NCBI GenBank assembly: GCA_964016885.1
Contig: OZ024743.1
Location: 26,226,001 to 26,290,000, forward strand
Direction: 5' to 3'
Source: Eledone cirrhosa
Lineage: Eukaryota
DNA: 64,000 nt
Each line of letters begins with the position of its first letter. The first letter of the stretch is position 1. The position numbers and the translations under genes were made by a program. Shown piece after piece: positions 1-10,610 of this stretch. A model generated the notes under the pieces. It saw only the letters and a list, made by a program, of their open reading frames with translations, did no database searches and was not told where the DNA came from.

Positions 1-41
1 GTATATATATTTATATATATGTATATATATGTATATATATA

Positions 42-137
<96 letters not shown>

Positions 138-143
138 TATATG
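1..143. repeat. (TA)n/(TG)n microsatellite
   Basis: Seen directly. Other (TA)n tracts lie at about 361-405, 622-743, 2889-3008, 6038-6088, 6466-6520, 6742-6788, 9449-9480, 13448-13541, 20040-20113, 20205-20262 and 26360-26570. Confidence 0.95.
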
Positions 144-283
144 TATTAGAAAGTGAGGTTTTTTTTACAAAATGAAAAATAACCGAGGTGTCCTACACGA
201 GTGAAAGTATAAAGAAAAAGGGATGAAATCGAAAATGCAACTGGAGTCTTATTTTTTTTTAAAATATATATATTTATTTGGTT

Positions 284-321
284 CCTTTACCGGTTTCGCA
301 GTTCTTCTGCTTTTCAAAAGG
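284..321 (-). ncRNA. Degenerate minimal type-I hammerhead ribozyme motif (core mutated)
   Basis: Minus strand reads cctt-TTGAAAA-gcag aagaa ctgc-GAAA-ccgg-TA-aagg. Stem I (cctt/aagg) and stem II (gcag/ctgc) are intact; the core differs from CTGAAGA by two transitions. Confidence 0.5.
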
Positions 322-402
322 TGAGTTGAGATGGAGGGTCTGTGGTTTTTCTCACATCTGATATATGTATATATATCTATATATATATATATATATATAT
401 AT

Positions 403-620
403 ATAGGAACCAGTAAGACCCCGACAGCTGAGCTCAAGCCGTTTCGACGGCTAATTCTGGACTGATGGTCGATGTTGAGAATGTGTCCAGAATTAGCCGT
501 CGAAACGGCTTGAGCTCAGCTGTCGGGGCCTTACTGGTTCCTATTACCCACTCTACTACCTCAAGTATTGAGTACTTTGGTGCGTTATGGTCCACCTGGT
601 TCCTTACCACATTTCTTTCG

Positions 621-622
<2 letters not shown>
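403..622 (+). mobile_element. Penelope-like pseudo-LTR fragment with inverted duplication and the 3' half of a hammerhead
   Basis: 60-bp inverted arms 403-462/485-544 with 1 mismatch. GAAAcggct-loop-agctGTC at 502-524 is HHR stem III plus a GUC site. Flanked by (TA)n. Same family at 20114-20204 and 20897-21030. Confidence 0.65.
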
Positions 623-692
<70 letters not shown>

Positions 693-1136
693 GTATATAC
701 ATGTATATACATATATATATATATGTATATGTATATATATATATGTAGCAAGAGTTGCCTCCCTTGTTATGACGATCACATCACCAGTAGCGCTCTCTAG
801 ACAGGAAGTAGCTGGAGTTACTTTCCGTTGAGGTGGCAGAAGCTTCTTTGTCACTTCCGTCCGGGGAATTATAAAAGGAGATAGCGGAAAGCTATCACCC
901 TCTCTTTTAACCTGCCTGGCCCTTTGGCCAGGCGCGTTCCGCCGAGGGTATACTCTCTGGCAACCTGAACATGGTAATGTAAAGACCTCTTGGTCTCTTG
1001 CGTGCTGACTTCAAAAAGGTAAACAACTAACTTTAGGTCATCCTTTCATCTCTCTTGGCATGTCAACTGTTCTGCTCTACATAGCTCAACATTGTTAAAT
1101 AAACATTGTACACACAACCCAGTGTCCTGTTATAAT

Positions 1137-1148
1137 TGGTGACCCCGA
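1137..1148 (+). promoter_or_regulatory. Primer-binding site complementary to the tRNA-Trp 3' end
   Basis: TGGTGACCCCGA lies 2 nt after the LTR end and matches the tRNA-Trp PBS TGGTGACCCCGACGTGAT. Confidence 0.8.
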
Positions 1149-2519
1149 GAAAAAAATAATAGGGATGGTGTTGTGTGAATATGAAAAAATGAAAATTAAT
1201 TAGCAGTATTTCAAAAAGAAAAAACTCCTCTAACAACATTCCACATGGATTTTGTCTACAACGAAAAATATAAGTAAACTTTTCCTCAGCAGCAAACAAA
1301 CAAGAAAAAATTTTGCTTTTCGCCTCACGTGTTTACATCGTTTAAATGTGTTTCAATCACTGGATATATCCTTCGTCCGTCTCACAACGAACACTCAAAA
1401 AGACTTGGACTCCTGTATTCTTATATTCAACATTTCAATTTTGATGAACATCACAGCTCGCTTACTCATTCAAGTAAGCCTTTTTCGCTACTTTTTCATC
1501 ACTTTCAAAAAAAAATTGTACTCTCGCCATATACAAAATGAATATAGCCTTTCTTTCCTTTTCATCATATCACGTTCACACACAAATTTTTCAAAATGGC
1601 TGCCAACGACCTGTTGCACTATCCTTTTCGCGCCATTTTCTCGCGTAATAGAAATATTTGTTATTCAACTTGACTGTAACCTTGTTTCGGCACGTGTGAG
1701 AGCACACGTCTCGACTCACTGAGATAACACACGCCATAGATAATGTTTCTTGCCAAGGATTCTCCAGCTTTAAGCTATATTCTCCTATTTGCCGGTTTAA
1801 AAATTTACCACGTAAATTTGCGGTTGAAAACTGCGCATTTATTCAGAATGATTATTTATATTGTCGCTGGCATCTTGATCCTTCCAGGTCAACGCGTTCT
1901 CAACATCGACCATCAACTTTGGCTGTTATTTCTACCACTTTGCACAACTCATTTTTTCTGGGAAACTTTTTACTGTGAATGGAAACAACATCGAATAGGC
2001 TCACTCCGCGAGACAACAACAACACAGCTTCATCTTTGCTTTATCAACAACCAAAACCGGCAGAACAAAACACAGAGAATTTATTTTTGCAGCACTCTTC
2101 CTCTGAGAAAATCCCACCGCCTTCGGAGGTTGGGAATTTCACGTTGTACCACAGTCCAGAAACCACCTGCATATATTCTCTTGGTGACACACTCTCTTTC
2201 CTGCTGTCACCTGTGAACTGTATTTTGAACATTTGAACTTTTTTTTTAATAACTATGTTCGAGCACGTTTCTTTGCTCCTTTGACTTCTTCTTTTAGGTT
2301 GATTACATTGTATCTTTGAGTGATGGATAGATGGATGTCCAGTCGTTCTCTGGCCAAGAGCCTTGATATCTATCATTGATTTTTGCATGCTTATATTTTG
2401 CTGTTTTGCTTTTGTTGCAAACATTGTTTTTTTGTAGTTTTCATGCCTGGACTTTGGTGTTGCAAGCTCGCCATCTTACTTCATACATGGTTGATTCGAT
2501 TTTTATGTTTTAAAAATCT

Positions 2520-2531
2520 GGCGGGAGATAA
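2520..2531 (+). promoter_or_regulatory. Polypurine tract of the LTR element
   Basis: GGCGGGAGATAA sits immediately before the TG of the 3' LTR. Confidence 0.65.
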
Positions 2532-2886
2532 TGTAGCAAGAGTTGCCTCCCTTGTAGCCCTCTCAAGACAGGAAGTAGCTGGAGTTACTTCCCGTTGAGG
2601 TGGCAGAACCTTCTTTGTCACTTCCGTCCGGGGAACTATAAAAGCTGAAAGCTATCACCCTCTCTTTTAACCTGCCTGGCCCTTCGGCCAGGCGCGTTCC
2701 GCCGAGGGTATACTCTCTGGCAACCTGAACATGGTAATGTAAAGACCTCTTGGTCTCTTGCGTGCTGACTTCAAAAAGGTAAACAACTAACTTTAGTTCA
2801 TCATTTCATCTCTCTTGGCATGTCAACTATTCTGCTCTACATAGCTCAACCTTGTTAAATAAATATTGTACATATAACTCACTCTT

Positions 2887-3010
<124 letters not shown>

Positions 3011-3081
3011 GATTAGTACAGATTAAAGTTTAAGCAAATAATTTCTGTTTTCACTCTATTACGGGATCTTATGAAACTACG

Positions 3082-3118
<37 letters not shown>

Positions 3119-3547
3119 CTAGAGCCTTCCTCATACAAAAATTGTCTTTATCCCGTTCTCCAGTAGTACGTAGTATTACTTGTAGTATTTGCCATTTTGA
3201 CACATCCTTTTCAACAGCCACCAGAAAATATATCAACTTGAACAGATATCACCTGGCAGGTAAGTTAACACCGGATACAGGATTAGAAGCCTGAAATTGA
3301 TTTAGGAATTTATATTGATATCTAGTAATAATCGTTAGCAAATTCACTCAGTTAATTCAATTTTAGTGAGACTGTTAGTGACTCACTATCAACCACGTTA
3401 CTAGTAAACAAAATAGGAGCAATGAAACACAATGGGCACATATAATATAGTCCGATAAAGTCAATTAACCAATTCAGCCGATACTTCTGACATCGTATTA
3501 TAATTGTGTATTGAAGTTCACAAATGTTATTCTGGTGGTACATTTAA

Positions 3548-3768
3548 CCCTTTAGCATTTACATTACTCTATATTTACTATTATATTTTCGCAATAAAGG
3601 CTTTACCTCACATAGTTATCTCACATAATATCGAATCTATGAGATTTTGATATTATTTATTTTGAGAACAATACCTTGACATAAGTATGAACAGCCGGTT
3701 ACGGCCGGTTTGAACAGAAAGAGGTGAGAGAATTCTGGCCAGATATGGGCGGTTTAAATGCTAAAGGG
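3548..3768. mobile_element. piggyBac-type MITE
   Basis: TIR CCCTTTAGCATTTA...TAAATGCTAAAGGG, with TTAA on both sides. Confidence 0.85.
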
Positions 3769-4014
3769 TTAAATCTTTGTGAGGTTGGAAACGGTAATCA
3801 CGTTTACTGCACATGCGTATATATCGCACGGCATATGTAAAGAAAGACAACTCCCATTAAAGCTATTTTCAAAACGTACATTTTTCTCATATGAATAGAA
3901 AGTAAAATAAATGTTTATTCTCAATACATGTGTTTCACTCACAAAGTTAGCTTTAAAACCATTGGTAATTACACAAATATGAAAAAGAAAGATAAAAGCA
4001 AATTGAATAACGCT

Positions 4015-4460
4015 CTGGTTACATGGTAGCAGATGCAGGCCAAACTTGTCGAGGATAGCCCTACAACGGCATTTGTGTGGCTCACCAGTGCGGAAGCGGA
4101 GGTGTTGGGCCACTCCAATGCGAGTGCGCTCGTCTCTTAGCAGTCTCTTATGGTTTTCGAGAGAATTGGAGAGCCGAGAATGCAGGTGGCGTCTTTGGGC
4201 GTTAGCCGAGCCCCGGACAGATGGGATGGATGCTGAGTACGCCGTCGTGGAATTCGGCCTCTCCGTAGCTAACGTTTATCACCTCGGACTTGGATGGGTT
4301 GATCTCGAGTCCGAGGAGCTTTAAAACTGGGATGATTAGTCGAAGGTCCTCAACTACCGTCTCAGCCGAGCCGTCCAGGTACCAAACTTTGAAGGGCGAC
4401 CGGACCGAGCGAGCAACGTCATCAAGTGCCAGTGGAAAAAGGAGCGAGCCAAGTGGGTCT
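4015..4460 (-). mobile_element. CRE-clade non-LTR retrotransposon relic (RT C-terminal part and Zn knuckle, internally deleted)
   Basis: Minus-strand translations LGSLLFPLALDDVARSVRSPFKVWYLDG, LGLEINPSKSEVI and EPHKCRCRAILDKFGLHLLPC. Confidence 0.7.
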
Positions 4461-4479
4461 CCGATAATTCCTATAATTT

Positions 4480-4800
4480 TAGAATGTTATTCCGTTTGGC
4501 TCTGCATGCACTGACTTTCACCTTTACCGCAGCATCTAGGATGTGCGAAGAAGCAAAAGTATCGCTGACTGTGGCGTCTCAAATGACACATCTATCTCTT
4601 ACCCAGGATCAAAAGGTAAGGTCATACTGGTCTAATCTTATCCCATCAATCCAGAACAATCCAGCCGGCTCCAGAATTAAGGAATATTTACCCAAGCCAG
4701 GGCTCGCTTAATAATTAAGTTTAACTCGATATGGCAAACGAAGTGACCTGCAGCTATGAGGACCTCTAGAGTCAAGGAGCCTGCCACAACGGCCTTCAAA
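4480..4800 (-). mobile_element. CRE-clade relic (Zn knuckle and restriction-like endonuclease)
   Basis: Frameshifted minus-strand motifs CGRLLDSRGPH, IIKRALAWVNIP, LEPAGLFWIDGIRLD and WVRDRCVI*DATVSDTFASSH. Confidence 0.7.
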
Positions 4801-6036
4801 TACCCCCACAGACAATGAACTCGACTCTGAATGCAATGGAGATACGGGGCTCATCTAGATTACGTAGGCTACTAATGTTAACCATGAACAGAGCAGAGAG
4901 TCCCCCGAGAAAGTCGGTGGAAAGTCGCAGAAAGTCGGTGGTACCTTGACAATTGATTAGATTGATCAAAGAGAGAGTTGAAAGTGTTTCTCGACCCAAG
5001 ATGAAGAAAATGACCCAGCCCCACCCCAACCTCCCCAGAAACATTTAATCAGCTGCATAAACAAATACAGACAATCAATAAATGTACGCATACTATTGTT
5101 TTTGTTATGTAACCTCAAATCGACCTTGCTCGATTAGTCCTATGGCATGTAGGTAATCAGCTGAACGATAAGACTCGTACCACAGATCTGCAGCGAGAGG
5201 AAATTTTGATGTTTTGTGCGTGTTTGGTTTATTTGTTGGTTGTGCTCACTTTTGGATTGCTTAGTGATGTGGTCACCGTTGTGTAGAGGGTAGGCTAATG
5301 AAGATTGATGTTCCTGTGCATGTGTTCAAGTGAGTAACTGTGTTCATGATGATGATGATGATGATGATGTGATGATCTCTTGGGTAAGTGATTTACCCTG
5401 ATCATATAAGTAATGAAATATATAAACCAAAATTGCTACTTAAATAATTTTATTAGATTAATAACTTGTTACGATGTTATTGCGATACATACGACAAGAC
5501 TGTGTTGCTGGTCATGTATGAGCCTGTGCAATATTTCGAAAGATGATATACACTGTTGATACAAGGACTAACCTTTTGTTGCAATAAAACAGGAACAAAG
5601 TTTGCTGGCCTTTGTTGATAGGACTGAGATGTCTGTTTAATGTCTTCATCGCTCTGCTTGCGGAACCAACTGATTGTGTAGTGTTTGGTTTGTGAGGGGA
5701 GAGCAGAATGAGATGATGTCGCTAGTTATCTCTTGAAAAACTGCCAATGACCCCCTAGTTAGATATTTCTCCAGTCAAGCTGGCGCCTAATCCTAAGCAA
5801 AGGAATATGAGCATCCATGCTGCCAACAGGCCAGCATATGTGGTCATGCTGACCTGTTTTGCCAACATAGGAACAAAAGTTCAAATTACTTCGACAAATC
5901 TTTTTTTAATTTTTTTTTTAGATACTATACCTGCGGTTAGTTGAATATAAATTGGGCTTGTTATGAATAATGCTGACTACAATATAATGGTGTGTATCAT
6001 TGTAGGTAGGAAAGATTTACAAATTTACGAATTTAC

Positions 6037-6086
<50 letters not shown>

Positions 6087-6092
<6 letters not shown>

Positions 6093-6331
6093 TAATAAAA
6101 TAATGAATAAACAAAGAAACAGTTCCTTATATTAAAAAAATTCATCATTTTACGATCGTTTCTAGGATATATGTGTTAGAGTTGGTATGCATATTCTATA
6201 GATCTATGTACAATATTTATACAAACTATCAGAGGGAATATACATACCTACACATATATATGCTGTCTTCAGATGAATTTTTTTAATATAAGGAACTGTT
6301 TCTTTGTTTATTCATTATTTTATTAATTTAT
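6087..6331 (-). mobile_element. Penelope-type terminus with long-stem-II HHR motif and inverted end duplication
   Basis: About 60-bp inverted arms (6087-6146/6272-6331). Minus strand has CTGAAGA (6272-6266)...GAAAcgatcgTA. Homologous to 6550-6745. Confidence 0.65.
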
Positions 6332-6462
6332 CTTGACTCTGTTTTCCGTTTATTTTTCACCGAAAGTAGTTTTTGAATGCATCTTCTCTTTTCATGATAT
6401 CCGGATTACATTGAGTTCTTCATACGGATTGGACACTACTGTAAACTTTTGGTAGATTTATC

Positions 6463-6523
<61 letters not shown>

Positions 6524-6553
6524 CTAAGCAAAGGAATATGAGCATCCATAATA

Positions 6554-6685
6554 ATTATTTCTGAAGACAGCATATATATGTGAAGGTATGTATATTTCCT
6601 CTGATAGTTTGTAATATTTTTACATAGATCTATATGATATACATACCAAAACACATATATATCCTAGAAACGATCGTAAAATGGT
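6554..6685 (+). ncRNA. Type-I hammerhead ribozyme motif with about 100-nt stem II
   Basis: attattt-CTGAAGA(6561-67)-long hairpin-GAAA(6667-70)-c gatc g-TA-aaatggt. Palindromic loop III and GUA site; the base of stem II is imperfect. Confidence 0.6.
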
Positions 6686-6738
6686 GGATTTTTTAATATA
6701 AGGAACTTGTTCTTTGTTTTTATTCATTGTTTTTATTA

Positions 6739-6791
<53 letters not shown>

Positions 6792-6823
6792 CAAATGGAA
6801 ACTATATTTATAAAACTATATTT

Positions 6824-6887
6824 ATTTTATTATACATATTTCAAGGGCCACCAAGGCAAATTTTGGTGCACTTTCATCAGATAAAAT
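6824..6887 (-). ncRNA. Minimal type-I hammerhead ribozyme (mirror copy)
   Basis: Reverse complement of 7037-7100. Confidence 0.72.
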
Positions 6888-7036
6888 ACAATACAGAATT
6901 AGTTTCATAAATAAATATTGACATACCCTGAAAAAAGCCAACCTTAACGGTTGAAGCTTCCAGGAAGCTCCAACCGTTAAGGTTGGCTTTTCTCAGGGTA
7001 TGTCAATATTTATTTATGAAACTAATTCTGTATTGT

Positions 7037-7100
7037 ATTTTATCTGATGAAAGTGCACCAAAATTTGCCTTGGTGGCCCTTGAAATATGTATAATAAAAT
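7037..7100 (+). ncRNA. Minimal type-I hammerhead ribozyme
   Basis: attttat-CTGATGA(7044-50)-stem II-GAAA(7082-85)-t atgt a-TA-ataaaat. 7-bp stem I; predicted cleavage after 7093. Confidence 0.75.
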
Positions 7101-7253
7101 AAATATGGTTTTATAAATATAGTTTCCATTTGTTAATATATTGTATATTTACTCCACGTCTGTTGAGTGCTTTATATCAGTTATAAAAATGTTTAAGCTT
7201 GTTGAATCCCAACAAATTAAATATAACCTCTGCATATATATATATATATTACA

Positions 7254-8253
7254 CTAGCATTACAGCCCGGCGTTGCTCGGGGTCAGTAAGTTACCAAAGT
7301 TAGGTTGCACCACCCATTTTATGGCAGCACTTTTTTGTCTGCCAGGCACTGGGTGAATGAATTGCAGACCTGGACTGTCGAAGCAGGAGCTGCAGCAGCA
7401 GTGACAATTGTAGTTTCGCCTATGGATATTATCTCTGTGCAAAGAAGTGTTGACATTTATTGTTTCACAGTACTTGCGCAACACGCGCGTAGACGATGCC
7501 AGCCGAACAACAGAGCTGCGATGGAGTTGTTCTGCATAGTTGTCTAATGTGTGTTTTCTAAATGTAAGACAGTAGGGAGGGGTGTGATATGGGGAGAGTT
7601 AGCTGCTGTTTCTAGCAGGTTTAGTGACCTCATAGAGGATATGTTTTCTAAATTTAAGACAGTAGGGAGTGGTGTGATATGGTGGAGAGTTAGCTGCTGT
7701 TTCTAGCAGGTTTAGTGACCTCATAGAGGATATTATTGTGTATAGTAAATGAACTGATACTTCTTTCTTCCACGTTCGTTGATAGATGTTTTAAAAAAGA
7801 TTTATCGCTATTTTTTTTTTTTGTTGTTGCTTTTGAATAATTGTTGTTTCGTATAAAATGTAATAAGTTCTCTTTGTCATTGAAGTAAATAAATGTTTGA
7901 CCGTTCCACACTAAAAAAAAACGTTCCCTCTCTCTCTCTTAAAGTTTGTAAGTTTAATCGTATATAAGAGAAAGTTGCAGCATGTATGTAGTTTTATAGA
8001 ATTTTTAAAGGAGTAGAGAGAGTAAATCAGATTGCATTAGAGGGGAAAAGCGTCATCTATTTAGTTTTATCAATTATTTCCGTAATTGTTGGTGAGTTTG
8101 AATGAAATAAATAGTCGTTGACCTAAGTTAGACCACTTACAATATTCTTACAGACTTTGAGTCGAATCGGTTTGAAATTGTGCAAATGTATAAACATGGA
8201 ACATGCACACACACACACACTCACAACAACAATCTGCTTTTTATAGATAATGA
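7254..8253 (-). mobile_element. Non-autonomous Helitron-like element
   Basis: Minus strand begins A|TC and ends with a GC hairpin (cccgagcaacgccggg) followed by CTAG|T. No TSD. Internal ~90-bp tandem duplication 7552-7641/7642-7732. Confidence 0.6.
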
Positions 8254-8459
8254 TATATATATATATTTAGGTTTGTTGGTTCACCACTGGATAGAACTGG
8301 TCATTCCGTATGGTCAACCTCGATGTAATATTAAGGAGAGCATGCACGACGTAATGAAACTCACCCGTCTTCGTTTGTGTTGTTGGTGGTGCGAGTACGG
8401 AGTTAATTATTATAAAATAACAGGAGGCTGGACTGGTGTAATTCCTTAAAAGGTTTATT

Positions 8460-8517
8460 ATACTATGATCATTTCAGTGACCGGGTTCAGTATGAATCCG
8501 GTGACATCATCAGGTAT
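8460..8517 (-). ncRNA. Minimal type-I hammerhead ribozyme (mirror copy)
   Basis: Reverse complement of 9343-9400 with one stem-II substitution. Confidence 0.7.
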
Positions 8518-9342
8518 TCGAAATTTAACAAAGGAATATAATAGACAAACTCCTTCCCCTAGCCCTTAACTAAATCCCCCACCAGTGTTAATAACTAGTA
8601 ATCGTTTGTATATACGATAGCCAGCCGACGGTGGCGGACTTCCCGCTAGCACCCCCGGCGCTTGAGACAGTTAACATTCCTGGAGTGCTCGGAAAAATTA
8701 ATTTCCCTTTCTGTCGCTAGACGAAAATACTCGGAACGGTTGACACGCCGCTGGGCTGGCTGGAGGTCCGCAACGTCGCTGGTTAATGACCGCTAAGCAT
8801 GGGCTTAATCTTTACTCTATATTCTACCCTGAAACTTTATCGTGACTATCTATAATACACTTAAACTTGTTCATAAACGCCTCCTTCTGTAAATTCTTTA
8901 ACTAAATCTCCCAACTTTAAACCTAAATCTTATTTTTCTAATTTCATCTTAAATGGCATCTTTTAACTCTAAACATAAATTTAACGTTTCTAATTGTTAA
9001 TCATAATTTCTGACCCTACAATATACTGTGCAGACGCACACTATATATAGCTTTGTTAAAGATATATGTTTTTTTTGTTTTTTTATATTTTTCGTGGCAC
9101 TTTCTAGCAGTTCTGACCAGTTTGAATGTAACCTGATCACACCGCTGGCCTCTGTCTATGACGGGGTGGTAGTAATACACTATAAGCCTACGCCCCTTCG
9201 CCAATAGGACATAAGAAGACTTAATAATCATCACTTGAGGGCGGCTGACCGGGCTAGAAGCTGCTAAATGTTTCACCGCCCTCCTGTCTCTGCTTTTCCG
9301 CCCCGTGGATTTTGTCTATTATATTCCTTTGTTAAATTTCGA

Positions 9343-9400
9343 ATACCTGATGATGTCACCGGATTCATACTGAATCCGGTCACTGAAATGATCATAGTAT
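9343..9400 (+). ncRNA. Minimal type-I hammerhead ribozyme
   Basis: atac-CTGATGA(9347-53)-stem II accggattca/tgaatccggt-GAAA(9385-88)-t gatc a-TA-gtat. The GATC loop III is palindromic. Confidence 0.75.
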
Positions 9401-9445
9401 AATAAACCTTTTAAGTATTTACACCAGTCCAGCCTCCTGTTATTT

Positions 9446-9485
<40 letters not shown>

Positions 9486-10610
9486 ATATTTGGGGAGGGT
9501 CATATTTGCGTAATATTGCCAGAATTAATAACAGAACACACTCACTGTTTGGTTGGTTTTCGCTTCTCGCTGTCTTTTATATATATATATCTGCGATCTA
9601 GCTTACTCGGTCCTCAATGTTGCCATTGACTGACCGGCGGTCAAAAATAATACAGATACAATATAGACAAACACATATATATATAGTTTACATAAATCTT
9701 TCGTTGCACATCTGCAACATCGTCAGTGGTGTTATATTCATTGTTCCTCCTGTTGTGTTGTATGTCTACGCCATTTTTTTTTGTTCAGTCTGTCTATATA
9801 TTTATTTATTTATTTGCTTGTTTGTTTATCTTATTTTATTTTGTCTTCTTTGCGCATGCGTTTGCGTGTGTGTATAGTGTTATGTGTGATGTGTGATGTG
9901 TGACTAGTGTGTATAGTGTTGTCTGCTGGGTGACTAGTGTGTGTTTATGTGCTTGTGTATGTATTTATTTATCTTATTTTATTTAATTTAATTTACTTAT
10001 TTATTTATACTTCTCTTAGGTCAGTGTTGTTTGTTTGGGTGTTGTTGTTGTTCCACTCATTCTTTCTGTTTAGCTTTGGTCTTCTAATTTCTATTTCACT
10101 GGCCTCTCTGATTTGCCTATCTGCTGGGTCATTCCTATGTTTAGATATTATTCTAATTTCTATGTTGTCTATGTTACCGTCATGATGTTGTCTAGCATGT
10201 TCGTATAGTACTGACCCGTTTTTTCGTCCTTTTAGTTCCCCCCAGTGTTGGTCTATCCTTTCACCTATGCTACGAGCTGTCTCACCTATGTATGTTGTTG
10301 TCGTGTTTCTGCAAGTACCCTCTGTACATCTTATGCTATAGACTACGTTTCTAGTTTTACAGTTTATCCGGGGGTTCACCTTACATATGATACATTTCCT
10401 ATTGGTACAGTGGGTTTTCTTAAAAGGGTAGGTTTTGCTGATCAGGGATTTTATGGTGGTTCCTGGCTTTTCTACCACCTTTATTTTTAAGTGGGTCTTT
10501 CTCAGGGCCTTTCTACACTGGTTAGCTAATTTCCCTCCAGGGGTGGCGTCCACAAACATGACACTCTGATATCTCTGGTTGTCGTACCATGATGTGGCCT
10601 TCCCTATCTT

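Larger units (their letters stand above)
6783..7141. repeat. 359-bp near-perfect palindrome of a Penelope-type terminus
   Basis: Arms mirror around 6962 with only a few mismatches and essentially no spacer. Each arm carries an HHR. Confidence 0.9.
8412..9448 (+). mobile_element. Non-coding Penelope-type element with 138-bp inverted HHR-bearing termini
   Basis: Arms 8412-8549 and 9311-9448. The interior is structured and has no meaningful ORF. Abuts (TA)n. Confidence 0.75.

Noticed and set aside
249-854. ORFs rich in YI/IY repeats (also at 13386, 20070 and 26256-26635)
   Set aside because: They are translations of (TA)n/(TG)n microsatellites.
1252-2236. Possible gag remnants in the LTR interior
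   Set aside because: Only vague similarity; no motif I can defend.
5050-5900. Moderately GC-rich unassigned segment
   Set aside because: No convincing motif on either strand.
9153-9211. SECIS-like hairpin (ATGA, ~10-bp stem, AA), considered because some Naiad PLEs encode selenoproteins
   Set aside because: The 3' GA of the quartet is missing (TTCG) and there is no linked UGA-containing ORF.
10005-10559. Separate GIY-YIG gene on the minus strand
   Set aside because: It is the inverted duplicate of the element's 3' end.
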